NCBI GenBank assembly: GCA_044892525.1
Contig: CM097885.1
Coordinates: 26,290,001-26,354,000 of the forward strand
Direction: 5' to 3'
Source of the DNA: Schmidtea polychroa
Taxonomy: Eukaryota
DNA: 64,000 nt
Shown here: positions 49,255-61,841 of the stretch, piece after piece
How positions within the stretch are numbered: position 1 is the first letter of the stretch
How the letters are laid out: the number at the start of each line of letters is the position of its first letter
The notes under the pieces: model-generated
The model's database searches: none
Told to the model about the DNA's origin: nothing
Seen by the model: only the letters and a program-made list of their open reading frames with translations
Program-made: the position numbers and the translations under genes

Positions 49255-51515
49255 TAGGGTTTTACATTACTGTTAAACAGCAACAGTAAAACAGCTGTTT
49301 TTTTGTCTTAATCGGAAAACATTAAACAGCTGTTTTTTCGAAGCTGTTTATACTGTTTTTTAACGATCCTTTTTCAATTTTTTTAAAAAGAATTTTTAAT
49401 ATTATAATATAACTTACAAAAGTCAATATTTAATTGATATTGTTGATAAATATTTGTTTGATTATTTATATACTAACAAACTTCTAAAAACATAATTTTA
49501 TATTTCACCCATGTCTTCAGTTTGGGATTATGCTATAAAACGAAAAAATGTGTTAAAAAAGGTGCTTGAAGGTCAATGCAAGCGATGTAATAAAGTTATA
49601 ACTTGTTCTGGCAATTCTACAACAACTTTAAAAAATCATCTCAAAACCCATGGCATCGACATGGAAAAGCCAACAGTTAGTGCATCGAAAGAAGATACAA
49701 TATCAGAGAAGAGAACAAAATCAATTTCAGATTTTCTAGTTAAAAAATCTCTCAAAGAAATAGTATCAGATCTTGCTACTGATGGTATAACTATTAGAGC
49801 TATTACAAGAAATAATTACATCAGACAATCTATTACTCGCGATGGTCTTAAACTTCCTATCAATGAACGCGATGTCATGAAACTGATTATTGAAGATTTT
49901 TTAGAGAAAAAAGCTAAAATGATAACACTTGTTAAACAAAAGATTGATTCTGGAACCAAATTTTCAATGACAGTTGATGAATACACAACAATTAGAGGTA
50001 GACGCTTTTTTGGTGTTAACATACATACTAGTGACGATAAAATGACAATGAAAACTGGCCTTGTTCGAATTTTTGGTTCTTGCACAGCAGAAGTTATGAT
50101 AAATGCAATGAAAGAACATTTAGCCGATTTTGGAATTGATATGAATAAGGATATTGTTGGATCTACTCAAGACGGAGCAGCAATTAACAAGAAATTTATT
50201 CAATTGCTAGATATTATAGGTCAGTTTTGTTTAAATCATGCTATTCATTTGGGAGTTTGTGATACTTTGTATAAGAAAAAAAGTATTGATGAAGAAAGGT
50301 CGTATTGGAATAACGATGAGATTGAAGATACAGAATGCTATGATGATTGCCTTGGTTTATCAAATGATATTGATATTGAGAATGTTGATTTGAACTATCA
50401 CGATCTGCTTCAAACATCTCGAAAACTTGTCAAATTTATAAAGAACTCAACAGTTCGCAATAATGTTTTCCTAACAAAAAACAAAGCTTTGACAGGCCGC
50501 AACAGTGAATTATATCTGGATATTAAGACGCGTTGGAATTCAATTCCTACCATGTTGGATTCAATTATAAAATCAGAATTGGCTATTCGAGAAACGTTAA
50601 CTGAATTTAATGCAATATATCAAATAGATTCTGTTGATTTTGATGCTCTTAATAATCTTCTTTGTGCTATGGAACCGATTAAACTTGCTGTTGAACGCTT
50701 AAGTCAAGATGATGCGACATTAGTAAGTGCTGAAATAATATTAGAGTTTATGTTCAAGAAACTTTCGATGATTAATAGTGAAATATGTCAAGATCTGCAT
50801 GATAACTTAAAGCAACGAATCGATGAAAGAATAAATAAAGATGTTATGAATCTTTTGAAAAGTCTCAAAGATTCATCAGTTGTTCCATCAGAAACAACAT
50901 TAACATTTGCTGGACGTTTAGCTTCACGCATATTTGAATTTGATGATGGCGATGATATACGTGGTTCTACCCAAGAAGAATTTGAAAACACCAATCTTTC
51001 GCTAAAAGAAGAACTTAATATGCTTTTATATATGGATCAAACCCCGAAAGTACTTGGAGTAGATTTTAAATGGCTTAAGTCAGAATTCACTTTGTATAAG
51101 AATACTGGACAACGAACGGAAAATCTTCAAAAACTTTACAATGCACTTCTTAGCATCAAACCAACATCGACTGACATTGAGCGTGTATTCTCAATTTGCA
51201 CAAATTTTTGCACTAAAATTAGATCACGCTTATCAGATGATGCTCTTAAAGCTTTGGTTTTCTTGAAATTTTACTATAAAAAATAAATAAGTTTTCTGAT
51301 GTTATATGAATTAAGTTGTTATAAAAGATAATAAATATTTTCCAAGATATTAATAAATTGAAAAAAAATAAATATATACATTTTCAGTATTTTTTAAATA
51401 TTAAAATTATGGGAAAATTGAAAAAACAGTAAAAACAGCTAATATCAGCTGTTTTTTCGAAAATAAAAAACAGTAACAGCTGTTTTTTGAAAACCGCTGT
51501 TTTTGTAAAACCCTA
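49255..51515 (+). mobile_element. Autonomous hAT DNA transposon (2261 bp), copy 1
   Basis: 12-bp TIRs TAGGGTTTTACA / TGTAAAACCCTA; 8-bp TSD GTTGTGAA; subterminal AACAGCTGTT palindromes. Confidence 0.97.
49511..51286 (+). CDS. hAT transposase (BED finger, DDE core, dimerisation domain)
   Basis: SSVWDY..CKRC..TTTLKNHLKTH; TVDEYT; TQDGAA; CLNHAIHL; TRWNS; STDIERVFS; RSRL. Confidence 0.96.
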   Translation: MSSVWDYAIKRKNVLKKVLEGQCKRCNKVITCSGNSTTTLKNHLKTHGIDMEKPTVSASKEDTISEKRTKSISDFLVKKSLKEIVSDLATDGITIRAITRNNYIRQSITRDGLKLPINERDVMKLIIEDFLEKKAKMITLVKQKIDSGTKFSMTVDEYTTIRGRRFFGVNIHTSDDKMTMKTGLVRIFGSCTAEVMINAMKEHLADFGIDMNKDIVGSTQDGAAINKKFIQLLDIIGQFCLNHAIHLGVCDTLYKKKSIDEERSYWNNDEIEDTECYDDCLGLSNDIDIENVDLNYHDLLQTSRKLVKFIKNSTVRNNVFLTKNKALTGRNSELYLDIKTRWNSIPTMLDSIIKSELAIRETLTEFNAIYQIDSVDFDALNNLLCAMEPIKLAVERLSQDDATLVSAEIILEFMFKKLSMINSEICQDLHDNLKQRIDERINKDVMNLLKSLKDSSVVPSETTLTFAGRLASRIFEFDDGDDIRGSTQEEFENTNLSLKEELNMLLYMDQTPKVLGVDFKWLKSEFTLYKNTGQRTENLQKLYNALLSIKPTSTDIERVFSICTNFCTKIRSRLSDDALKALVFLKFYYKK

Positions 51516-54020
51516 GTTGTGAACAATTTAGTTATTAAAAGGTTTTATCATTATTATTATTATACAATTATTCAACAGATATCTTAGGTTTTTATCTAGT
51601 CAAATGGAAGATCTTGATATATACAACATCCGAAATCATTCTCACTACTAGAACACAAAATAAAACACCTTCGACAATGGTAAAGAGCTTCTCTCAAATT
51701 TGGTCATAATTTTTTTATAATGATATTTAATGATGAAATTATTAGTATTTTTTAATGATATTTAAATTTTTATAATGATCTTAAGAGTAAAAATATTTTG
51801 AAATAAATATAAGGGGAAATCCCTCGCAAAAATTTGGTTTTTTGGTTTATCATCATGGATTTCAAGGGCCCAAATTTCTTTGTACAACATATACAACATA
51901 CGAAATCATTCTCAGTACTAGAACACAAAATGAAACACCCTCGACAATGGTAAAGAGCTTCAAATCTCAGACAATCATAATTATCCATAGAAATAACAAC
52001 AACTTTGAAATAGGTCTACGAAAGTGCGATATCTCAATTTATGTTTTCCCTGATGAAAATTTATTATGACATAATTCGAATAAAGCAAAAGAATTTCAAA
52101 TTGATATCAATAATCACAGTTCACAATCATCAAAATACTCCGGTGAGAATGATCCTTCGTACTTTAAAATTGGGATAACAATAAGCAACCCATATCTTCA
52201 TGGACAACAGAAGATATCTTAGAGTTTTATCTAGTCAAAGGGAAGATCTTGATATATACAAAATCCGAAATCATTCTCACTACTAGAACACAAAATAAAT
52301 CACCCTCGACAATGGTAAAGAGCTTCAAACCTCAGACAATCATAAATATCCATAGAAATAACAAGTTTATAATAGGTCTACAAAAGGGCGATATCTGGAT
52401 TTATGATATTCCAGAAGGCATTTTTGTGAAGGTTTTCATCGGGAATTTCAAATTGATATCAATAATCAGATATAAGGAATGGATGTTCTTAAGGCCTAAA
52501 TGTATAGCCTTTTGAGTGATAAATAGAGCAACAAGGCTAGGGGAATAACATTGAACGTTACCGACTTAAAACATCAATCGTAATTTGATTGTTATCATAA
52601 TAATTCGATGATTTCAATACCACAATCTCGAATAGTAAGTAATAATCATCAGTTATTTACAAAAAAATATATAAAATTAGCCCTAACTATTCTTGATGAT
52701 AATAGGCATTGGGTAAATAAAAATGAAAGTTTAGCATATGGTCATTATGAAATAGTTAACATTTTTGTGAAGGTTTTCATGGGGAATTTCAAATTGATAT
52801 ATATCATTTTATTGTTTTATTATTATTATTATTCCAGCTGAATTATCTCTACGCCGGCTTTCTCTATAAGCTTCGGCATTTCCGTTTTTGGTTTATCATC
52901 ATGGATTTCAAGGCCCCAAATTTCTTTGTACAACATATACAACATACGAAATAATTCTCACTACTAGAACATAAAATAAAGCACCCTCGACCATGGTAAA
53001 GAGCTTCATTGTCGATAAATATCCATAGAAATAACAACAAGTTTGAAATAGGTCTACAAAAGGGCGATATCTGGATTTATGACTTACCAGAAAGCATTTT
53101 CGTGAAGGTTTTCCTCGGGAATTTCAAATTGATATCAATAATCACAGTTCACAATCAACAGGTTACACTTTCATCTAAATCCTACGGTGAGAATGATTCT
53201 TCGTACTTAAATAATGGGATAACAATAAGGAACCCATATCTTCAGGGACAACAGAAGATATCTTAGAGTTTTATCTAGTCAAATGGAAGATCTTGATATA
53301 TACAACATACGAAATCATTCTCACTACTAGAGCACCCTCGACAATGGTAAAGAGCTTCAAACATCATACAATCATAAATATCCATAGAAATAACAGCAAG
53401 TTTGAAATAGGTCTACAAAAGGGCGATATCTGGATTTATGATTTCCCAGAAGGCATTTTTGTGAAGGTTTTCATCGGGAATTTCAAATTGATATCAATAA
53501 TCAGATATAAGGAATGGGTGTTCTTAAGGCCTAAATGCTATAGCCTTTTGAGTGATAAAGAGAGCAACAAGGCTAAGGGAATAACATTGAAGGTTACCGA
53601 CTTAAAACATCAATCGTAACTTGATTGTTATCATAATAATTCGATGATTTCAATACCACAATCTCGAATAGTAAGTAAAAATCATCAGTAATTTACAAAA
53701 AAATATATAAAATTAGCCCTAGGCATTGGGTAAATAAAAATGAAAGTTTAGCATATGGTCATTATGAAATAGTTAACACGGATATGGGTAATAGTAACAA
53801 TGCTGAAGTTAATGATCCGGACGAAGATAATAATCAATATGTTAATCCACATTTCCCAAATGATGATTATGGCCACTCACACTTTCCATATGAAAAGGAA
53901 CATCAATATGTACTTGAATGAATTTTGAATTAAAATAAAATTTATTTAATATAATTATTGTTTTAGTTCTTACTTGTATCATTTGCATTTTATGTTGTTA
54001 TTGTAAAGTATCCTTTAGAC

Positions 54021-54193
54021 CAGTGTTTCTCAAACTATGGGTCGCGATGACTTATGGAAAGATCTACAAATATAAATTTTGGAAGTTTAAGCCTTTTAAA
54101 TTTATTTAATCTTTGTCATGTGGGTCGCAATAAAATTTTTGGCATGAAATGTCAAAAATTTGGGTCGTGATCAAAAAAGTTTGAGAACCACTG
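54021..54193. mobile_element. 173-bp hAT MITE, copy 3
   Basis: Same sequence and TSD. Confidence 0.95.
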
Positions 54194-54241
54194 CTTTAGA
54201 CTATTTTATTGTGAAATAGTCAAAGTTTTTATTGTTGTGAA

Positions 54242-56502
54242 TAGGGTTTTACATTACTGTTAAACAGCAACAGTAAAACAGCTGTTTTTTTGTCTTAATC
54301 GGAAAACATTAAACAGCTGTTTTTTCGAAGCTGTTTATACTGTTTTTTAACGATCCTTTTTCAATTTTTTTAAAAAGAATTTTTAATATTATAATATAAC
54401 TTACAAAAGTCAATATTTAATTGATATTGTTGATAAATATTTGTTTGATTATTTATATACTAACAAACTTCTAAAAACATAATTTTATATTTCACCCATG
54501 TCTTCAGTTTGGGATTATGCTATAAAACGAAAAAATGTGTTAAAAAAGGTGCTTGAAGGTCAATGCAAGCGATGTAATAAAGTTATAACTTGTTCTGGCA
54601 ATTCTACAACAACTTTAAAAAATCATCTCAAAACCCATGGCATCGACATGGAAAAGCCAACAGTTAGTGCATCGAAAGAAGATACAATATCAGAGAAGAG
54701 AACAAAATCAATTTCAGATTTTCTAGTTAAAAAATCTCTCAAAGAAATAGTATCAGATCTTGCTACTGATGGTATAACTATTAGAGCTATTACAAGAAAT
54801 AATTACATCAGACAATCTATTACTCGCGATGGTCTTAAACTTCCTATCAATGAACGCGATGTCATGAAACTGATTATTGAAGATTTTTTAGAGAAAAAAG
54901 CTAAAATGATAACACTTGTTAAACAAAAGATTGATTCTGGAACCAAATTTTCAATGACAGTTGATGAATACACAACAATTAGAGGTAGACGCTTTTTTGG
55001 TGTTAACATACATACTAGTGACGATAAAATGACAATGAAAACTGGCCTTGTTCGAATTTTTGGTTCTTGCACAGCAGAAGTTATGATAAATGCAATGAAA
55101 GAACATTTAGCCGATTTTGGAATTGATATGAATAAGGATATTGTTGGATCTACTCAAGACGGAGCAGCAATTAACAAGAAATTTATTCAATTGCTAGATA
55201 TTATAGGTCAGTTTTGTTTAAATCATGCTATTCATTTGGGAGTTTGTGATACTTTGTATAAGAAAAAAAGTATTGATGAAGAAAGGTCGTATTGGAATAA
55301 CGATGAGATTGAAGATACAGAATGCTATGATGATTGCCTTGGTTTATCAAATGATATTGATATTGAGAATGTTGATTTGAACTATCACGATCTGCTTCAA
55401 ACATCTCGAAAACTTGTCAAATTTATAAAGAACTCAACAGTTCGCAATAATGTTTTCCTAACAAAAAACAAAGCTTTGACAGGCCGCAACAGTGAATTAT
55501 ATCTGGATATTAAGACGCGTTGGAATTCAATTCCTACCATGTTGGATTCAATTATAAAATCAGAATTGGCTATTCGAGAAACGTTAACTGAATTTAATGC
55601 AATATATCAAATAGATTCTGTTGATTTTGATGCTCTTAATAATCTTCTTTGTGCTATGGAACCGATTAAACTTGCTGTTGAACGCTTAAGTCAAGATGAT
55701 GCGACATTAGTAAGTGCTGAAATAATATTAGAGTTTATGTTCAAGAAACTTTCGATGATTAATAGTGAAATATGTCAAGATCTGCATGATAACTTAAAGC
55801 AACGAATCGATGAAAGAATAAATAAAGATGTTATGAATCTTTTGAAAAGTCTCAAAGATTCATCAGTTGTTCCATCAGAAACAACATTAACATTTGCTGG
55901 ACGTTTAGCTTCACGCATATTTGAATTTGATGATGGCGATGATATACGTGGTTCTACCCAAGAAGAATTTGAAAACACCAATCTTTCGCTAAAAGAAGAA
56001 CTTAATATGCTTTTATATATGGATCAAACCCCGAAAGTACTTGGAGTAGATTTTAAATGGCTTAAGTCAGAATTCACTTTGTATAAGAATACTGGACAAC
56101 GAACGGAAAATCTTCAAAAACTTTACAATGCACTTCTTAGCATCAAACCAACATCGACTGACATTGAGCGTGTATTCTCAATTTGCACAAATTTTTGCAC
56201 TAAAATTAGATCACGCTTATCAGATGATGCTCTTAAAGCTTTGGTTTTCTTGAAATTTTACTATAAAAAATAAATAAGTTTTCTGATGTTATATGAATTA
56301 AGTTGTTATAAAAGATAATAAATATTTTCCAAGATATTAATAAATTGAAAAAAAATAAATATATACATTTTCAGTATTTTTTAAATATTAAAATTATGGG
56401 AAAATTGAAAAAACAGTAAAAACAGCTAATATCAGCTGTTTTTTCGAAAATAAAAAACAGTAACAGCTGTTTTTTGAAAACCGCTGTTTTTGTAAAACCC
56501 TA
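54242..56502 (+). mobile_element. Autonomous hAT DNA transposon, copy 2
   Basis: Same TIRs and TSD. Confidence 0.97.
54498..56273 (+). CDS. hAT transposase, copy 2
   Basis: Identical 591-aa protein. Confidence 0.96.
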   Translation: MSSVWDYAIKRKNVLKKVLEGQCKRCNKVITCSGNSTTTLKNHLKTHGIDMEKPTVSASKEDTISEKRTKSISDFLVKKSLKEIVSDLATDGITIRAITRNNYIRQSITRDGLKLPINERDVMKLIIEDFLEKKAKMITLVKQKIDSGTKFSMTVDEYTTIRGRRFFGVNIHTSDDKMTMKTGLVRIFGSCTAEVMINAMKEHLADFGIDMNKDIVGSTQDGAAINKKFIQLLDIIGQFCLNHAIHLGVCDTLYKKKSIDEERSYWNNDEIEDTECYDDCLGLSNDIDIENVDLNYHDLLQTSRKLVKFIKNSTVRNNVFLTKNKALTGRNSELYLDIKTRWNSIPTMLDSIIKSELAIRETLTEFNAIYQIDSVDFDALNNLLCAMEPIKLAVERLSQDDATLVSAEIILEFMFKKLSMINSEICQDLHDNLKQRIDERINKDVMNLLKSLKDSSVVPSETTLTFAGRLASRIFEFDDGDDIRGSTQEEFENTNLSLKEELNMLLYMDQTPKVLGVDFKWLKSEFTLYKNTGQRTENLQKLYNALLSIKPTSTDIERVFSICTNFCTKIRSRLSDDALKALVFLKFYYKK

Positions 56503-59359
56503 GTTGTGAACAATTTAGTTATTAAAAGGTTTTATCATTATTATTATTATACAATTATTCAACAGATATCTTAGGTTTTTATCTAGTCAAATGGAAGATC
56601 TTGATATATACAACATCCGAAATCATTCTCACTACTAGAACACAAAATAAAACACCTTCGACAATGGTAAAGAGCTTCTCTCAAATTTGGTCATAATTTT
56701 TTTATAATGATATTTAATGATGAAATTATTAGTATTTTTTAATGATATTTAAATTTTTATAATGATCTTAAGAGTAAAAATATTTTGAAATAAATATAAG
56801 GGGAAATCCCTCGCAAAAATTTGGTTTTTTGGTTTATCATCATGGATTTCAAGGGCCCAAATTTCTTTGTACAACATATACAACATACGAAATCATTCTC
56901 AGTACTAGAACACAAAATGAAACACCCTCGACAATGGTAAAGAGCTTCAAATCTCAGACAATCATAATTATCCATAGAAATAACAACAACTTTGAAATAG
57001 GTCTACGAAAGTGCGATATCTCAATTTATGTTTTCCCTGATGAAAATTTATTATGACATAATTCGAATAAAGCAAAAGAATTTCAAATTGATATCAATAA
57101 TCACAGTTCACAATCATCAAAATACTCCGGTGAGAATGATCCTTCGTACTTTAAAATTGGGATAACAATAAGCAACCCATATCTTCATGGACAACAGAAG
57201 ATATCTTAGAGTTTTATCTAGTCAAAGGGAAGATCTTGATATATACAAAATCCGAAATCATTCTCACTACTAGAACACAAAATAAATCACCCTCGACAAT
57301 GGTAAAGAGCTTCAAACCTCAGACAATCATAAATATCCATAGAAATAACAAGTTTATAATAGGTCTACAAAAGGGCGATATCTGGATTTATGATATTCCA
57401 GAAGGCATTTTTGTGAAGGTTTTCATCGGGAATTTCAAATTGATATCAATAATCACAGTTCACAATCATCAAAATACTCCGGTGAGAATGATCCTTCGTA
57501 CTTTAAAATTGGGATAACAATAAGCAACCCATATCTTCATGGACAACAGAAGATATCTTAGAGTTTTATCTAGTCAAAGGGAAGATCTTGATATATACAA
57601 AATCCGAAATCATTCTCACTACTAGAACACAAAATAAATCACCCTCGACAATGGTAAAGAGCTTCAAACCTCAGACAATCATAAATATCCATAGAAATAA
57701 CAAGTTTATAATAGGTCTACAAAAGGGCGATATCTGGATTTATGATATTCCAGAAGGCATTTTTGTGAAGGTTTTCATCGGGAATTTCAAATTGATATCA
57801 ATAATCAGATATAAGGAATGGATGTTCTTAAGGCCTAAATGTATAGCCTTTTGAGTGATAAATAGAGCAACAAGGCTAGGGGAATAACATTGAACGTTAC
57901 CGACTTAAAACATCAATCGTAATTTGATTGTTATCATAATAATTCGATGATTTCAATACCACAATCTCGAATAGTAAGTAATAATCATCAGTTATTTACA
58001 AAAAAATATATAAAATTAGCCCTAACTATTCTTGATGATAATAGGCATTGGGTAAATAAAAATGAAAGTTTAGCATATGGTCATTATGAAATAGTTAACA
58101 TTTTTGTGAAGGTTTTCATGGGGAATTTCAAATTGATATATATCATTTTATTGTTTTATTATTATTATTATTCCAGCTGAATTATCTCTACGCCGGCTTT
58201 CTCTATAAGCTTCGGCATTTCCGTTTTTGGTTTATCATCATGGATTTCAAGGCCCCAAATTTCTTTGTACAACATATACAACATACGAAATAATTCTCAC
58301 TACTAGAACATAAAATAAAGCACCCTCGACCATGGTAAAGAGCTTCATTGTCGATAAATATCCATAGAAATAACAACAAGTTTGAAATAGGTCTACAAAA
58401 GGGCGATATCTGGATTTATGACTTACCAGAAAGCATTTTCGTGAAGGTTTTCCTCGGGAATTTCAAATTGATATCAATAATCACAGTTCACAATCAACAG
58501 GTTACACTTTCATCTAAATCCTACGGTGAGAATGATTCTTCGTACTTAAATAATGGGATAACAATAAGGAACCCATATCTTCAGGGACAACAGAAGATAT
58601 CTTAGAGTTTTATCTAGTCAAATGGAAGATCTTGATATATACAACATACGAAATCATTCTCACTACTAGAGCACCCTCGACAATGGTAAAGAGCTTCAAA
58701 CATCATACAATCATAAATATCCATAGAAATAACAGCAAGTTTGAAATAGGTCTACAAAAGGGCGATATCTGGATTTATGATTTCCCAGAAGGCATTTTTG
58801 TGAAGGTTTTCATCGGGAATTTCAAATTGATATCAATAATCAGATATAAGGAATGGGTGTTCTTAAGGCCTAAATGCTATAGCCTTTTGAGTGATAAAGA
58901 GAGCAACAAGGCTAAGGGAATAACATTGAAGGTTACCGACTTAAAACATCAATCGTAACTTGATTGTTATCATAATAATTCGATGATTTCAATACCACAA
59001 TCTCGAATAGTAAGTAAAAATCATCAGTAATTTACAAAAAAATATATAAAATTAGCCCTAGGCATTGGGTAAATAAAAATGAAAGTTTAGCATATGGTCA
59101 TTATGAAATAGTTAACACGGATATGGGTAATAGTAACAATGCTGAAGTTAATGATCCGGACGAAGATAATAATCAATATGTTAATCCACATTTCCCAAAT
59201 GATGATTATGGCCACTCACACTTTCCATATGAAAAGGAACATCAATATGTACTTGAATGAATTTTGAATTAAAATAAAATTTATTTAATATAATTATTGT
59301 TTTAGTTCTTACTTGTATCATTTGCATTTTATGTTGTTATTGTAAAGTATCCTTTAGAC

Positions 59360-59532
59360 CAGTGTTTCTCAAACTATGGGTCGCGATGACTTATGGAAAG
59401 ATCTACAAATATAAATTTTGGAAGTTTAAGCCTTTTAAATTTATTTAATCTTTGTCATGTGGGTCGCAATAAAATTTTTGGCATGAAATGTCAAAAATTT
59501 GGGTCGTGATCAAAAAAGTTTGAGAACCACTG
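59360..59532. mobile_element. 173-bp hAT MITE, copy 4
   Basis: Same sequence and TSD. Confidence 0.95.
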
Positions 59533-59580
59533 CTTTAGACTATTTTATTGTGAAATAGTCAAAGTTTTTATTGTTGTGAA

Positions 59581-61841
59581 TAGGGTTTTACATTACTGTT
59601 AAACAGCAACAGTAAAACAGCTGTTTTTTTGTCTTAATCGGAAAACATTAAACAGCTGTTTTTTCGAAGCTGTTTATACTGTTTTTTAACGATCCTTTTT
59701 CAATTTTTTTAAAAAGAATTTTTAATATTATAATATAACTTACAAAAGTCAATATTTAATTGATATTGTTGATAAATATTTGTTTGATTATTTATATACT
59801 AACAAACTTCTAAAAACATAATTTTATATTTCACCCATGTCTTCAGTTTGGGATTATGCTATAAAACGAAAAAATGTGTTAAAAAAGGTGCTTGAAGGTC
59901 AATGCAAGCGATGTAATAAAGTTATAACTTGTTCTGGCAATTCTACAACAACTTTAAAAAATCATCTCAAAACCCATGGCATCGACATGGAAAAGCCAAC
60001 AGTTAGTGCATCGAAAGAAGATACAATATCAGAGAAGAGAACAAAATCAATTTCAGATTTTCTAGTTAAAAAATCTCTCAAAGAAATAGTATCAGATCTT
60101 GCTACTGATGGTATAACTATTAGAGCTATTACAAGAAATAATTACATCAGACAATCTATTACTCGCGATGGTCTTAAACTTCCTATCAATGAACGCGATG
60201 TCATGAAACTGATTATTGAAGATTTTTTAGAGAAAAAAGCTAAAATGATAACACTTGTTAAACAAAAGATTGATTCTGGAACCAAATTTTCAATGACAGT
60301 TGATGAATACACAACAATTAGAGGTAGACGCTTTTTTGGTGTTAACATACATACTAGTGACGATAAAATGACAATGAAAACTGGCCTTGTTCGAATTTTT
60401 GGTTCTTGCACAGCAGAAGTTATGATAAATGCAATGAAAGAACATTTAGCCGATTTTGGAATTGATATGAATAAGGATATTGTTGGATCTACTCAAGACG
60501 GAGCAGCAATTAACAAGAAATTTATTCAATTGCTAGATATTATAGGTCAGTTTTGTTTAAATCATGCTATTCATTTGGGAGTTTGTGATACTTTGTATAA
60601 GAAAAAAAGTATTGATGAAGAAAGGTCGTATTGGAATAACGATGAGATTGAAGATACAGAATGCTATGATGATTGCCTTGGTTTATCAAATGATATTGAT
60701 ATTGAGAATGTTGATTTGAACTATCACGATCTGCTTCAAACATCTCGAAAACTTGTCAAATTTATAAAGAACTCAACAGTTCGCAATAATGTTTTCCTAA
60801 CAAAAAACAAAGCTTTGACAGGCCGCAACAGTGAATTATATCTGGATATTAAGACGCGTTGGAATTCAATTCCTACCATGTTGGATTCAATTATAAAATC
60901 AGAATTGGCTATTCGAGAAACGTTAACTGAATTTAATGCAATATATCAAATAGATTCTGTTGATTTTGATGCTCTTAATAATCTTCTTTGTGCTATGGAA
61001 CCGATTAAACTTGCTGTTGAACGCTTAAGTCAAGATGATGCGACATTAGTAAGTGCTGAAATAATATTAGAGTTTATGTTCAAGAAACTTTCGATGATTA
61101 ATAGTGAAATATGTCAAGATCTGCATGATAACTTAAAGCAACGAATCGATGAAAGAATAAATAAAGATGTTATGAATCTTTTGAAAAGTCTCAAAGATTC
61201 ATCAGTTGTTCCATCAGAAACAACATTAACATTTGCTGGACGTTTAGCTTCACGCATATTTGAATTTGATGATGGCGATGATATACGTGGTTCTACCCAA
61301 GAAGAATTTGAAAACACCAATCTTTCGCTAAAAGAAGAACTTAATATGCTTTTATATATGGATCAAACCCCGAAAGTACTTGGAGTCGATTTTAAATGGC
61401 TTAAGTCAGAATTCACTTTGTATAAGAATACTGGACAACGAACGGAAAATCTTCAAAAACTTTACAATGCACTTCTTAGCATCAAACCAACATCGACTGA
61501 CATTGAGCGTGTATTCTCAATTTGCACAAATTTTTGCACTAAAATTAGATCACGCTTATCAGATGATGCTCTTAAAGCTTTGGTTTTCTTGAAATTTTAC
61601 TATAAAAAATAAATAAGTTTTCTGATGTTATATGAATTAAGTTGTTATAAAAGATAATAAATATTTTCCAAGATATTAATAAATTGAAAAAAAATAAATA
61701 TATACATTTTCAGTATTTTTTAAATATTAAAATTATGGGAAAATTGAAAAAACAGTAAAAACAGCTAATATCAGCTGTTTTTTCGAAAATAAAAAACAGT
61801 AACAGCTGTTTTTTGAAAACCGCTGTTTTTGTAAAACCCTA
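59581..61841 (+). mobile_element. Autonomous hAT DNA transposon, copy 3
   Basis: Same TIRs and TSD. Confidence 0.97.
59837..61612 (+). CDS. hAT transposase, copy 3
   Basis: Identical 591-aa protein; synonymous SNP at 61387. Confidence 0.96.
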   Translation: MSSVWDYAIKRKNVLKKVLEGQCKRCNKVITCSGNSTTTLKNHLKTHGIDMEKPTVSASKEDTISEKRTKSISDFLVKKSLKEIVSDLATDGITIRAITRNNYIRQSITRDGLKLPINERDVMKLIIEDFLEKKAKMITLVKQKIDSGTKFSMTVDEYTTIRGRRFFGVNIHTSDDKMTMKTGLVRIFGSCTAEVMINAMKEHLADFGIDMNKDIVGSTQDGAAINKKFIQLLDIIGQFCLNHAIHLGVCDTLYKKKSIDEERSYWNNDEIEDTECYDDCLGLSNDIDIENVDLNYHDLLQTSRKLVKFIKNSTVRNNVFLTKNKALTGRNSELYLDIKTRWNSIPTMLDSIIKSELAIRETLTEFNAIYQIDSVDFDALNNLLCAMEPIKLAVERLSQDDATLVSAEIILEFMFKKLSMINSEICQDLHDNLKQRIDERINKDVMNLLKSLKDSSVVPSETTLTFAGRLASRIFEFDDGDDIRGSTQEEFENTNLSLKEELNMLLYMDQTPKVLGVDFKWLKSEFTLYKNTGQRTENLQKLYNALLSIKPTSTDIERVFSICTNFCTKIRSRLSDDALKALVFLKFYYKK